From contig JAIVHP010000017.1 in NCBI GenBank assembly GCA_020201045.1, positions 1 through 49,530 of the forward strand: 49,530 bases of DNA. The letters run 5' to 3'. Position numbers and translations under genes: made by a program. The DNA is from Flavobacteriales bacterium. GTDB taxonomy: Bacteria; Bacteroidota; Bacteroidia; Flavobacteriales_D; Cryomorphaceae. The notes below the pieces were generated by a model, which saw only the letters and a program-made list of their open reading frames with translations, did not search any database and was not told where the DNA came from. Below are positions 10,701-20,521 of the stretch, in pieces. Each line of letters starts with the position of its first letter. The first letter of the stretch is position 1.

Positions 10701-12265
10701 TGAATGAGATTGACGCCGCAATGGCCGACCAAAATCGCTATGACGAGTTAGTGGAAGAAGGCGATGAGCTTTTTGACGAAGAGAGCTACGAGATGGCGAA
10801 GCTGAAATACATGGATGCCGGTGAAGTTTTCCCGGAGAAAGACTATCCCCCAAACAGAATAGCAGAAATTGATAAACTCATGGAGCAACGGCTTCTGGAA
10901 GAGGAGCAGAGTGCACAAAATGCGCTGGAAGCATCCTACCGAAAGGCCATTGGCAGTGGAGATGACGCCATGGCAAAATTGGAGTACGAAGACGCAAAAG
11001 ACAGCTACACGGAAGCATTGGAAATCAAACCCGAAGAGAAATATCCGCAGGGGCAAATAGAGCGAATTGACCTTTTAATAAAAGAGCAAGAGCAGGCCGA
11101 GAAAGAGCGTAAGCGAAAAGAAGAACTTGCGTTTGAAGCGGAAAGGCGAGCTGAGAAAATGCGCGAGAATCAGGTTGTTAACACAAACTCTGAAGAACAG
11201 GCCGAACAGTTTATGCGCGAGGCGCGCGAAGCTCAGGAGAAAGAGAAATACGAGCGTGTAAAAAAGCTTAAGGAAAGAAATAAAGAACAGCTAACTGAGC
11301 TCACCGAGCTAGCTGCTGCCACCCGGGCCGAAAATTACGCGGCTTACGAGAGCTTCCGCCAGAGCACAGAAGAACAATTTAGCGAAGCGGCGGGATCTAA
11401 AGCTTCGGTTCAGAAATCAACGGTCGAAAATAAGGAAGTACTTCTGGAAGAAACGAAAAAAAGAGCCGAACAGAGCAAGCAATTGCGCACCGAACAATAT
11501 CAGATAATTGAGCAGAGCGAATCTGAACGCCAAACACAGGCGGAAGAGTGGGAAGACCAGCATGCAGAGAAACGAGAAAAAGCAAGAGTAACAAAGGCTG
11601 AACAACTCGAAGAAATGAAGGCTAGAAGTGCAAAAGGCAGTGAGAAGAGAGCTGAAGAATACGCTGAAATTGAAAAGCCAGAAGAAGTTTTTGCAGTGAA
11701 TAAAAAGGCTGGTGAAATTAGAGAGAAACGGGTAGAAACTATCCGTGAAAACGAAGCTTACTACGCCGAATACAACAGGGAGCTTTCCGAAAGGAACACC
11801 GAAAATATTAAAAGCAGATCAGAAGAAAATCGCCAGCGGGTAGATCAACAAGCTGAACGAAATACCAATAGAAACAAAACCAAAGTAGAAGATTCGTATA
11901 AGCAAATTTCGCAGAAACAGGATGTCTACAATTCTTCGTTAAACGAGAGCAAAAGGGCAGCCGAAGAAAAGCGAAAAGCCGAACAGGAAAAGCTCAGCCA
12001 GGTGCAGTCTTTCGAAGCTAAAAGCACAGACGACTACTTTAGGACTGAACTCGCCGAATCGTACCCGCAGGGTGTTACGGAAGAGAGTTCTACGCTGGGA
12101 AACAAGGTGATCATTACCCGTATTGTGGTGAAGGGAAACAAAGGCGACGAGTATAAAAAGGTGCTCGACAAAGCCGGAAACTACTATTTTAAAAACGGCC
12201 AGTCTATTTCGGAAAATACATGGCATCGCGAAACGGTGGCATCCTTCGATAAAAGCAAGGATTAA
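7736..12265 (+). CDS. giant secreted TPR-like/coiled-coil repeat protein with an N-terminal CarboxypepD_reg-like domain
   Basis: 1509 aa. It has a signal peptide ending AVFAQ and an N-terminal beta-sandwich-like segment (IHGVVSD...GVTVTVFKDG...GKYEF). Eight copies of the motif [E/K].Y[P/A]..[Q/R][I/L]..I recur at roughly 120-aa spacing. The last third is rich in K/E/R/Q. Confidence 0.7.
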   Translation: MSHLQGRFSKTCGFLITSLLTLCLLCLLSTAVFAQDDLNIHGVVSDAMSSSKLSGVTVTVFKDGNQHDSYTTRGNGKYEFYLDCGAHYEFKFNKSGFVERSIVIDSRNIPEEVIGAGIIMPTDMSMYEITEAMESADMSVFEQPIGKAQYDDSEEDLIWDFNYTDEVKSEIFSFIRDVEKKQKELDKEQSAAEKEAEKREKKFQTFVENGDKDLGKDNYESAVNNYRSALEIKPDDQSVKAKLGDAETKLNQQKAAEELENNFSAALDAGDGFMRTEEYENAIAKYEEALELKPDENYPKDQIKEANGILEEQAANRAKQEEFNTLITEGEAFAAEEEYENAIAKFEEALAVIPGNEEAERKLGEAREALNRLNEIAALQEEYDGLIAEGDELFGSAEYQASIEKYTAAKNLIEEKPYPQEQIEKAEKKLAEIAERKEKQAEFDELVTAGDEAMSGANYPDAISNYSAALEIFSDKAEVKSKLDEAKSLQAELAAKEEKKANYDALIAEADELFESEELKEAKAKYQEAKSVFPEETYPLDQIGKIDKQLAALAKEKEAQEAYASAMETGRSAVEDEKYAQAISSFEEALGVMPDDSDAQSALEEAKELQEAFLANQEVEEQYQSLLASADESMANEKFDAARADYQAALDLKSEEAYPKNQLELIETTLAEREREAAEQKRLAELEAEYAAFMEAGESAMSEEDFDKAITNFQDALSVKENDAEAEQKLALAQEKLAELEALLDANQKYDKAIADGDAKFADELFDEAIAAFEKALEAKPEETYPREQIELIEETITNREAAAAEAEAEADRERVAALLSEGDKLVDEKEYASGVDKYEEALAILPEREDIKEKIDEATEMLLASQEKEALEEAYAEAIAEADRQFEKEVWNRAKSGYEEALAIKKDETYAADQIQIIEEKIAAQQEADEKQRQLEIQAGFDEFIEEGDKEFNRNNFEDALNAYESALELIPTSDLALEKIEAVNKQLNEIDAAMADQNRYDELVEEGDELFDEESYEMAKLKYMDAGEVFPEKDYPPNRIAEIDKLMEQRLLEEEQSAQNALEASYRKAIGSGDDAMAKLEYEDAKDSYTEALEIKPEEKYPQGQIERIDLLIKEQEQAEKERKRKEELAFEAERRAEKMRENQVVNTNSEEQAEQFMREAREAQEKEKYERVKKLKERNKEQLTELTELAAATRAENYAAYESFRQSTEEQFSEAAGSKASVQKSTVENKEVLLEETKKRAEQSKQLRTEQYQIIEQSESERQTQAEEWEDQHAEKREKARVTKAEQLEEMKARSAKGSEKRAEEYAEIEKPEEVFAVNKKAGEIREKRVETIRENEAYYAEYNRELSERNTENIKSRSEENRQRVDQQAERNTNRNKTKVEDSYKQISQKQDVYNSSLNESKRAAEEKRKAEQEKLSQVQSFEAKSTDDYFRTELAESYPQGVTEESSTLGNKVIITRIVVKGNKGDEYKKVLDKAGNYYFKNGQSISENTWHRETVASFDKSKD

Positions 12266-12277
12266 ATAAGGTAAGAT

Positions 12278-12481
12278 ATGGAGTTGCGCAGAGGCAAAGT
12301 AAAGTTCTATATCGACGAAAAGCTCTTCGGATTTCTCATTGATAATGAAACGGGTGAAGAAGTGTACATCCCCGTTTCCGGATTAATTGATGAGATTCGG
12401 AAAAACGACCTGGTTTCATACATGCCGGCAGAAAGCGAAAAAGGAGTAGTAGCCACAGAAGTTCGCGTGCTTAAAAAGTAA
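12278..12481 (+). CDS. cold-shock-domain-like small protein
   Basis: 67 aa. GKVKFYIDEKLFGFLID..GEEVYIPVSGL resembles the CSD pattern G.VK.F...KGFGFI....G.DVFVH. Confidence 0.55.
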   Translation: MELRRGKVKFYIDEKLFGFLIDNETGEEVYIPVSGLIDEIRKNDLVSYMPAESEKGVVATEVRVLKK

Positions 12482-12488
12482 CGGCGAT

Positions 12489-13970
12489 TTAATTGTCCAT
12501 CGCACCTTTGCTCGCTTTCTCATCTGCGTCCATTTTCTCAAATCGCTCTATCAATTCCGCGATTTTATCAACGCCGATGTCTTTAGCTCTGATTTCTCGA
12601 TTCTCATCGAGGATAATGACCTTGGGCGTGGAAAAAACATCGAAAGTTTCCTGGTACTTTAAACTCTTGAGATTGCTCTTGCCAGTCGTTATTAAACGCG
12701 TTGCAAAATCAGCATCATCAAAAGCTTTCTGGGGAATTCCCACATTGTAAATCGAGTCCATCTCATATTTTTCGATAAACTTTTTACGCTTGTCCAAATT
12801 ATCTGAACTCACAGCATAAATGCCCAGTAAGTCTTTGTCGTAATCTTTGTAAAATTCTACCAGTTTCGGGGTTTCTTTTTTGCAATGGCCGCAGTCGGGG
12901 TCATAGAAAAACAAGACAACATATTTTTCCTTTAAGTCGCGGTGCGTGCTTACCCAGGTTCCGGCGGTATCTTGCAATATGAGTTCTGGAGCTTCAAAGC
13001 CAATTAAGGTATATCTTTTTTGATCGGCCTTTTCGCGAATGGTCTCCAGTCTTTCTTCGTCCATCCAAAACGCCAGGTCATTGGTGTAGTAGGTGTCTAC
13101 CATATGCACAAATGCCTTGTCCATTCCCATTATTTGAGAAGTCTCAAAGTTATAGGTTGCATAGTGCACCACATATTTGAACATATCTGAGCCCGGCTCC
13201 AATTTCTCAATTAATTGATCCATTGCATCGGTAACGGTATCGGGGTCTTGAATAAGTGTTTTATTCAGAAAATTATCCAACTTTCCGTGAAAGACCGGAG
13301 TTCTTACAAGGCGATCGTCTTTTAGGTCAATATTGTCGAAGTAGTGTTTTTTGTAGTAGTAATAAGCCTTGGTCTTGTCGTCGCGGATTTCTACCGGCGG
13401 TTCGGGGTCTATAGAAACGGCAATTTCTTTTGCGGCAAATTTATCGGGGTTTTCATCTACAATTTTTTTCTGATACGCCGTCACCTTATCGTTTAGGGCG
13501 TTGTATTCTTCCTTAATTTTCTTCGTAACACGGGGCTTACCTTCGTTTGCTTCCAGTTTTTCGAGTAGTTTTTCGCGTTCCGTTCTTCTCTCTTTCAAAT
13601 AGTCCATGTACTCGTATACGATGGTGTTATTTTCAGATTTGAGTACGTTCATCCCTCCAGTTAGATCGGCCGTGTCAGAATGCATCTCTATTTCTTCGCC
13701 GTCTGCAATAATGATTTCGAAATACCTGGGGCCGGGAAGCACAACGGCGTATTTCCCTTCTTTTTCTTCTTCCAATCCTTTAAAGGAAAAATTTCCATTT
13801 GCGTCCGCGCGGGTTGTATCGGCGTAGTAAAGTTTTTCTCCGTAGTAGTTTGCGAGGTAAATGGTGCTATCTGATACTCCGTTAATTTTAAATACATACG
13901 GGTTTTCGGTTTGTGCCGATCCCGTTAGATAAATTAGGAGCGATACGGCGAGTAGAATTGAATTTTTCAT
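12489..13970 (-). CDS. secreted thioredoxin-fold (TlpA/ResA-like) thiol:disulfide oxidoreductase family protein
   Basis: Signal peptide MKNSILLAVSLLIYLTGSAQ. The C-terminal domain has FFYDPDCGHCKKETPKL (a CxxC redox motif in a thioredoxin-like context). Confidence 0.7.
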   Translation of the reverse strand: MKNSILLAVSLLIYLTGSAQTENPYVFKINGVSDSTIYLANYYGEKLYYADTTRADANGNFSFKGLEEEKEGKYAVVLPGPRYFEIIIADGEEIEMHSDTADLTGGMNVLKSENNTIVYEYMDYLKERRTEREKLLEKLEANEGKPRVTKKIKEEYNALNDKVTAYQKKIVDENPDKFAAKEIAVSIDPEPPVEIRDDKTKAYYYYKKHYFDNIDLKDDRLVRTPVFHGKLDNFLNKTLIQDPDTVTDAMDQLIEKLEPGSDMFKYVVHYATYNFETSQIMGMDKAFVHMVDTYYTNDLAFWMDEERLETIREKADQKRYTLIGFEAPELILQDTAGTWVSTHRDLKEKYVVLFFYDPDCGHCKKETPKLVEFYKDYDKDLLGIYAVSSDNLDKRKKFIEKYEMDSIYNVGIPQKAFDDADFATRLITTGKSNLKSLKYQETFDVFSTPKVIILDENREIRAKDIGVDKIAELIERFEKMDADEKASKGAMDN

Positions 13971-14030
13971 AAACCTGATCTTGTCTTCTATATAAATGAA
14001 TCTTGCGCTATTGCCAAATTTGTACCAAAG

Positions 14031-15521
14031 TTAAGCGAGTGCTTCGGTTTTAAATTCACTGGTGGTGTGAAATTTCAAGTCGGGATAATTTTGCTGCTCC
14101 AGCTTGAGAATCCACGCGCTGGGAGCAAGAAAAACCCAATTATCGTCTTTGTCCTTAACGATATCGCTGGTTTTAATCCGGATAAACTCATCGAGTTTTT
14201 CCTGGTTGTCGCTGGTAATCCAGCAAGCCTTGTAGTAACGCATCGGTCTGAATTCGCACTTCGCACCGTACTCGTGCTCAAGCCGGTATTGAATAACATC
14301 AAACTGGAGCTCGCCCACGGTACCAATTATTTTCTTGTTACCCATTTCCTGTACAAACAACTGCGCAACTCCTTCGTCAGTGAGCTGGCGAATTCCCTTT
14401 TCGAGTTGTTTGGTTTTCATAGGATCCCTATTTTCTACTTCTTTAAATATCTCGGGCGAAAAGCTTGGGATTCCTTTAAACTGCAATTTTTCACCTTCGG
14501 TGAGGGTGTCTCCAATCTTGAAATTACCCGTGTCGTATAGGCCAATAACATCTCCCGGGAAGGCTTCTTCAATGGTGCTTTTCTCACTGGCCATAAAGCT
14601 GGAAGGGTTGGGGAATTTGAGATTTTTGTCGAGTCGAACGTGGTGGAAAAAAGTGTTGCGCTCAAACTTCCCCGAGCAAACCCTAAGGAATGCGATCCGG
14701 TCGCGGTGGCGCGGATCGAGGTTGGCGTGAATTTTAAATCCAAAGTTGTTCAGAGCACTGCCAAAAAATACGGGTGCCAATTCGGCTTTAAGGTATTTTT
14801 CTCTTTCGAAAGCGCCGTAAACAGTAGTCGCCATCTCCACATCTTCGCGCAAGGTACTGGCCGCTTCTTCGCCGATGTATTTCTCAATATCCGGGTCGGC
14901 TAAATCTTCAATCTGAGCGATTGTAGCTTCGAGTTTGGTTTTACTCGCTTCAAAAAGCCGGAGGCCTTTGTCGTAAATATTGTAAACGCCCTTAAAGGTA
15001 GGGCCTATACCGATAGGCCAACTAAGCGGTGTGGTATTTATTTTCAGTTTTTCTTCCAATTCATCCAGCAGGTCGAATGCGTCTTTTCCATCGCGATCCA
15101 TTTTATTCACGAAAATCATTACCGGAGTGTTGCGCATCCGACAAACTTCCATGAGTTTTTCGGTTTGCTCTTCAACCCCCTTCACACAATCTATCACCAA
15201 TATTACGCTGTCTACGGCGGTGAGCGTGCGGTACGTGTCTTCCGCGAAGTCCTTGTGACCCGGGGTGTCGAGAATATTTACCTGCATGTCCTGGTATCGA
15301 AACCCCATTACAGAAGTGGCGACAGAAATTCCCCTTTGCCTTTCAATCTCCATGAAATCTGAAGTTGCGGTTTTCTTAATTTTATTCGATTTTACAGCGC
15401 CTGCAGTTTGAATAGCGCCTCCGTAAAGCAGAAACTTTTCGGTAAGGGTAGTTTTTCCAGCATCGGGGTGGCTGATAATGGCAAATGTTTTTCTGTGATC
15501 AATGGCATCCTGAAGCTTCAT
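14031..15521 (-). CDS. prfC: peptide chain release factor 3 (carries an apparent in-frame internal deletion)
   Basis: GTPase motifs [14 protein letters not shown] and NKMD. C-terminal [20 protein letters not shown] and [16 protein letters not shown] match RF3. Start placed at [25 protein letters not shown] (ATG at 15521). Confidence 0.85.
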   Translation of the reverse strand: MKLQDAIDHRKTFAIISHPDAGKTTLTEKFLLYGGAIQTAGAVKSNKIKKTATSDFMEIERQRGISVATSVMGFRYQDMQVNILDTPGHKDFAEDTYRTLTAVDSVILVIDCVKGVEEQTEKLMEVCRMRNTPVMIFVNKMDRDGKDAFDLLDELEEKLKINTTPLSWPIGIGPTFKGVYNIYDKGLRLFEASKTKLEATIAQIEDLADPDIEKYIGEEAASTLREDVEMATTVYGAFEREKYLKAELAPVFFGSALNNFGFKIHANLDPRHRDRIAFLRVCSGKFERNTFFHHVRLDKNLKFPNPSSFMASEKSTIEEAFPGDVIGLYDTGNFKIGDTLTEGEKLQFKGIPSFSPEIFKEVENRDPMKTKQLEKGIRQLTDEGVAQLFVQEMGNKKIIGTVGELQFDVIQYRLEHEYGAKCEFRPMRYYKACWITSDNQEKLDEFIRIKTSDIVKDKDDNWVFLAPSAWILKLEQQNYPDLKFHTTSEFKTEALA

Positions 15522-15611
15522 GAAATTCGCGTATTTCAGCTTGCAAAAGTACATAATCTTATATGTTAACTATATTCGCAGAAGCAAAACTTGAATGAAA
15601 CCTATTTACAG

Positions 15612-17246
15612 ATGAAGAAATTATTATTAGTGAGTATCTTTCTACCACTTCTCGCAAGCGCACAGGTAGAATTGGAATTGGATTTGATGGCCGATGGGTT
15701 CAACAGACCATGTGATATTGTAAATGCCGGCGATGAGCGCCTCTTTGTAGTAGAGCAAGTGGGCACCATTCAAATTCTCCATCAAAATGGCGATGTAGAA
15801 GAAGAGCCCTTTTTAGATATCTCATCTATCGTAGAATCTACTCAAGGCGAACAAGGACTCCTGGGGCTCGCCTTTGCACCCGATTACTGCACTTCAGGTG
15901 AGTTTTATGTGAACTACACGCAGGCAGATGGCAACCAGACAAAAACAGTGATTGCAAGGTATAATGTGAGCCCTGAAGACCCCAATGATGCCCTGGAAGA
16001 TTCAGAAGAAGTCCTTTTAGAGTACGATCAGGATTTTTCAAATCACAATGGAGGCCAAATTGAATTTGGTCCTGAAGGTTACCTGTATATCGCATCAGGT
16101 GATGGCGGTAGTGCTGGTGACCCGAATAATCGCGCACAGGATATTATGAGCTATCTGGGTAAAATTCTAAGAATAGATGTGAGTACCGATCCTTATAGCA
16201 TTCCGGAAGATAATCCTTTTGCTTTCGACGATTTTGGACTCGATGAAATCTGGGCATATGGCCTGCGCAACCCATGGAAATTTGCCTTTGACGACGCCAA
16301 TGGTGATCTATACATAGGCGATGTAGGTCAAAGCAACCGGGAAGAGATCGATTTTCAGGCCGCCGGCACGCCGGGTGGACTCAATTTTGGATGGCGTTGC
16401 TATGAAGGAAACGAAACGTATAATACTACGGATTGCTTACCAGAAGAAAACTATGAATTCCCCATTTTCGATTACGCTTACGGAAATCAGGGAAATGGCT
16501 TTAGATGTTCTATCACCGGTGGTCGTGTTTACCGCGGTCCGTCTTTTGAGCAAATTCAGGGAAAGTACATCGCTACTGATTTTTGCTCGGGAGAATACTG
16601 GGTTACATCAAACCAGGATGGCGAGTGGGAAACTACGGAGCACTCCGGACTTGTTAGTAATTTGGTGGCCTTCGGAGCCGATGTCTGGGGCGAAATGTAC
16701 GCTGTTCAGGGACAGTCATCTGGTAGAGTCTACCGCGTTTCTGAATCATCAAATGAGCTTCTCAACCACATCGTACTGGCGGGAACAAATTCTATTGAAT
16801 CAACACTGCAATTAGATGGCGCAAGCTATACCTGGTACTATGAAGGCGAACTGGTAGATGGTGCAAACGACCCGCAGATTGACGTTCTCTTTAGCGGGCT
16901 ATACCAGGTTATTATTACCACTGAAACCGGGTGTAGCATAACCAGTAACGAAGTTAATATCATCGTTTCGTCTACAAATGATTCTGAATTGGTTTCGGAA
17001 TTAGATGTTTTTCCAAACCCCACAAGCGGTATGGTGAATCTTTCGATTACGCTTTTAGATAACAATGCCGATCTCATGGTCGGTGTATATGACTTATCCG
17101 GACGGGAGGTGAAATCAGAACATATCACGACAGGTGGCAATCAGAGTTTAAACCTGAGCGAACTTTCGGGTGGGATTTATCTCATCAGGTTTTACGACGA
17201 TACGCACGGTGTACTCGCCACTCGCAAACTTGTTCTGACCGATTAG
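15612..17246 (+). CDS. PQQ-dependent sugar (glucose/sorbosone) dehydrogenase-like beta-propeller with a T9SS type A C-terminal domain
   Basis: Signal peptide MKKLLLVSIFLPLLASAQ. Motifs GEQGLLGLAFAPDY, NHNGGQIEFGPEGYLYIASGDGG, YGLRNPWKFAFD and GDVGQSNREEID. C-terminus VFPNPTSGMVNLS...GGIYLIRF. Confidence 0.75.
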   Translation: MKKLLLVSIFLPLLASAQVELELDLMADGFNRPCDIVNAGDERLFVVEQVGTIQILHQNGDVEEEPFLDISSIVESTQGEQGLLGLAFAPDYCTSGEFYVNYTQADGNQTKTVIARYNVSPEDPNDALEDSEEVLLEYDQDFSNHNGGQIEFGPEGYLYIASGDGGSAGDPNNRAQDIMSYLGKILRIDVSTDPYSIPEDNPFAFDDFGLDEIWAYGLRNPWKFAFDDANGDLYIGDVGQSNREEIDFQAAGTPGGLNFGWRCYEGNETYNTTDCLPEENYEFPIFDYAYGNQGNGFRCSITGGRVYRGPSFEQIQGKYIATDFCSGEYWVTSNQDGEWETTEHSGLVSNLVAFGADVWGEMYAVQGQSSGRVYRVSESSNELLNHIVLAGTNSIESTLQLDGASYTWYYEGELVDGANDPQIDVLFSGLYQVIITTETGCSITSNEVNIIVSSTNDSELVSELDVFPNPTSGMVNLSITLLDNNADLMVGVYDLSGREVKSEHITTGGNQSLNLSELSGGIYLIRFYDDTHGVLATRKLVLTD

Positions 17247-17550
17247 TGGTGTTTATTTTTAGCGCTGCTCTGGTGAAACGGACTGTGTAAAGCAATTCAT
17301 CCCTTTATTAGCACGGCATCTTATCCTTAAAGCAGTCGTCATTAATGTAAATGAATTTGTTTTTACCAATGTGCTGTTTAAAATTTGATCACTTTTTCCG
17401 GTGATATTCAGTAGCTAAATTGATATTTGAACGCTATTGATTGCTTTTTAAAAGTGGGATAGGCATAAAATTAGTCACCAAACTATGATTCATACAAGGA
17501 TATTTCATTATTTTCACCAATTGGCTTTATTACTTTTTGCACTCACAAAT

Positions 17551-20517
17551 ATGATTTCTTCGAGCATTTCCCGAATTAAGCGTCTATTGTATTCCATCGC
17601 TGTACCCCTTCTTTTTATACTTGGGTTCGGATATGAAATATCAGCACAATTGCCCTGGACCGAAGGTTTTGGCGATGATTTTACACCGTGCAATAGCGAA
17701 GGACAAGTGGCCGATGGTTACCCAGCCGAAGTGTCGGGAAATTGGACCGTAGAAGTTTTCGGTGCTCAGGGGTTCTTTTCTAATTTGTGGTATGTTTCCT
17801 CTCAGGAGGCTGGAGGAATAGATCCCGGGGTCGATCCATGCGGTTCGCAGTGCAGCGCGGGAGACGATAATTTTAACCGTTCATTGCATATTGGCGCCTT
17901 CGATGATGCAGGAAATCCAAACGATGGAGATGCAGGGGCGATTTATGTCGAGATAGAAACCATAACCTTTACCGACAAAAGGGTTGTAAGCCCCGTAATT
18001 GATTGTACTGGAGAGTATGTTATTACCCTGAATATGACTTATGCTGCTGGTGCCAACGCAAACGATTTCGCCACCGTAGATTATTTTGACGGCACTTCAT
18101 GGACAGAATTGCAGGTTTTGCCTGAAACGGGAGTATGCAGTGCTAACTCTATAAGTTGGGCGAACTATTCGATTGAGCTTCCCGCATCGGCAAATGATAA
18201 CCCCGACGTGCAAATTGGCTTCAGGTGGCAAAATAACGAAGATGAAGTAACTCAACCGCTATCAGTAGCTATAGACGATATTGAATTATCGGCCGGTCCC
18301 GCGCCAAACCTTCCCGAAGCCGACTTTTTTGTGGTAGACGACGAAAATGAGTTTTGCGAAAACAACTGCATTCAATTTAACAGCTCAACCACTTTTGATC
18401 CCGATTTTTCAAATGGTCCCGGTTCGGCGAGTTATGAATGGACATTCGAAGGGGGAGATCCTGCAACCAGCACCGATCCGGCTCCGGTTGTTTGTTACGA
18501 CGATCCCGGTCTTTTTGATGTCACGCTCGTGGTAACAGATAACCTGGGAGAAGGAGCACCGGAGCTCAAAACAGATTTCATTGAAGTATTAGATTGCGGC
18601 CCGACTATAGATATCGAGGCCTCGCAAACGGTAGCATGCGCAAACGAAGAGTGTATTGATTTTACAGACCTTAGCGTTGGGTACGAAGGAAACGAGGTAG
18701 AATCGTGGTTTTGGACTTTTGAGAGCGCAGATGGAAGCGATGTCCAAAACTCATCTCAGCAAAACCCATCGAATATCTGCCTGAACACCGTTGGGTTTTA
18801 CACCGTAACGCTCGAAGCTTCTGATGCCAGTGGGACAGAAGTAGAAACATTTAACAACTATATTGAAGTGCTTGATTGCTCCGGTCCGGATATCCTTGAT
18901 TGCTCCGGTCCGGATATCGCATTCGAAGCCGACAGAACAATAATCTGCCCAGGTCAATGCATTCAGTTTACCGATATGTCTACGTCTTTTGGAACTATTC
19001 TTTCCTGGGAATGGGATATTCCCGGTGGTCAGGCCGAAGGAGAAGATGAGCCTGGGATATCTACACAGCAAAATCCACTGGTGTGCTACGACACCCCCGG
19101 AACTTACAATGTTACTTTGTCTGCTGTTGATCAGGAAGGCCCTTCGGCAATTACCCAAACCATATCCATTACGGTAGATCCCTGTACAGGCCCGCCCGAT
19201 ATTATAGACGTGATTCCAAGTGAAACAGAAATATGCCCGGGCGATTGCGTAGATTTTCAAAGTCAGGTACTTGGATTATCAGAAGACTATCTTTGGGTTT
19301 TTACCGGAGTAGATGGAGAATCTGCGGTGAGTACAGAAGCAAACCCGGAAGTGATTTGCTATTTTGAACCCGGATCTTATAACGTCACTTTAACCGTTTC
19401 CAACAGCAATAACGAAATTGATACACAAACTTTTGACAATCTGATAATCGTTGAAGATTGTTCGGTGCCCAATCCGCCCGTACCGCGTTTTAGTGTAAGT
19501 GCCGATACCATTTGCGCGGGAACTTGCGTTGATTATACAGATGAAAGTACGGGAATTGGAGTTAATTCCTGGTTGTGGAATTTTGAAGGAGCCGTAGCCG
19601 GAAGCGGGACATCTACGAGCCAAAACCCAACCAATATTTGTTACAATCAGGCGGGAACCTACGCCGTTTCACTCGAAGTGGAAGGTGCTGGAGGAGATAG
19701 TACCCGGTTTTTTACGGATGTAATTACCGTTACAAACAACCCGGAGTGCCGTCCGGCCATATCCGTTTCGGCTCCAGATACCCTTTGTGCGGGCGACTGT
19801 GCAGAATTTAACGCAGATTTTATGAATGCCGATTCCGTGTTGTGGACTTTTAATGGTGGAACGCCTGAAACCTCAACAGCTTTTAATCCCGGATCGGTTT
19901 GCTTTGAAGAAGAAGGACAATACAACATCCTTGTTCAAGCCTGGAACGCCGCCGGAGCTGCAAATCCGAGTGTAATTAATCTATTTGTCGGTGAGCGCCC
20001 CCCACTTGACGCTGGCCCGGACAGAACCATTAATGCCGGTGCTGCTATCACGTTAAATGCCAATGTGGGAACAGATGAACCCTTGGGCGAATTTGAATGG
20101 CAGCCCTTTGAACAGGTTGATAATTTTAGCGCACAATCAGTGGAAGTTTCACCAGACGAAACCACGCAGTTTATTGTTTATTATCAGGAACCCGGTACTT
20201 GCACCGCTATAGATACGGTAACAGTAAATGTGAACTTCAGACAGGCAATTGGGGTGCCCTCGGCATTTTCGCCAAACGGAGACGGGGTAAATGATGTACT
20301 GCACGTTCTCGGACAGGGAATTTCTAAAATGCGATTCAGAATATTCAACAGATACGGTCAACTCGTTTTTGAATCATTCGATCAGGCAGATGGATGGGAT
20401 GGAACCAAAGACGGCAAGGAATTAAACCCTGCTACCTTCGTTTACACGCTGGATGTAACTTTTGCAGATGGTGGAGAGTTTGAAGTAATGACCGGAGATG
20501 TAACGCTGACGAAATAG
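17551..20517 (+). CDS. PKD-repeat surface protein with a T9SS type B sorting domain
   Basis: About 8 repeats of C..C..F.D.S......W.W.F.GG.P..S...NP..(I/V)CY...G.Y.V.L. C-terminus AFSPNGDGVNDVLHV...FRIFNRYGQLVFES. Start chosen at MISSSISRIKRLLYSIAVPLLFILGFGYEISAQ (ATG 17551). An upstream ATG at 17485 is also possible. Confidence 0.75.
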   Translation: MISSSISRIKRLLYSIAVPLLFILGFGYEISAQLPWTEGFGDDFTPCNSEGQVADGYPAEVSGNWTVEVFGAQGFFSNLWYVSSQEAGGIDPGVDPCGSQCSAGDDNFNRSLHIGAFDDAGNPNDGDAGAIYVEIETITFTDKRVVSPVIDCTGEYVITLNMTYAAGANANDFATVDYFDGTSWTELQVLPETGVCSANSISWANYSIELPASANDNPDVQIGFRWQNNEDEVTQPLSVAIDDIELSAGPAPNLPEADFFVVDDENEFCENNCIQFNSSTTFDPDFSNGPGSASYEWTFEGGDPATSTDPAPVVCYDDPGLFDVTLVVTDNLGEGAPELKTDFIEVLDCGPTIDIEASQTVACANEECIDFTDLSVGYEGNEVESWFWTFESADGSDVQNSSQQNPSNICLNTVGFYTVTLEASDASGTEVETFNNYIEVLDCSGPDILDCSGPDIAFEADRTIICPGQCIQFTDMSTSFGTILSWEWDIPGGQAEGEDEPGISTQQNPLVCYDTPGTYNVTLSAVDQEGPSAITQTISITVDPCTGPPDIIDVIPSETEICPGDCVDFQSQVLGLSEDYLWVFTGVDGESAVSTEANPEVICYFEPGSYNVTLTVSNSNNEIDTQTFDNLIIVEDCSVPNPPVPRFSVSADTICAGTCVDYTDESTGIGVNSWLWNFEGAVAGSGTSTSQNPTNICYNQAGTYAVSLEVEGAGGDSTRFFTDVITVTNNPECRPAISVSAPDTLCAGDCAEFNADFMNADSVLWTFNGGTPETSTAFNPGSVCFEEEGQYNILVQAWNAAGAANPSVINLFVGERPPLDAGPDRTINAGAAITLNANVGTDEPLGEFEWQPFEQVDNFSAQSVEVSPDETTQFIVYYQEPGTCTAIDTVTVNVNFRQAIGVPSAFSPNGDGVNDVLHVLGQGISKMRFRIFNRYGQLVFESFDQADGWDGTKDGKELNPATFVYTLDVTFADGGEFEVMTGDVTLTK

Positions 20518-20521
20518 TATT

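Noticed and set aside
11100-12000. K/E/R/Q-rich low-complexity stretch as a separate gene or as noncoding simple sequence
   Set aside because: It is in frame and continuous with the 1509-aa ORF. It is flanked by a structured N-terminal array and a globular C-terminal domain, and it has heptad-like charged coiled-coil character.
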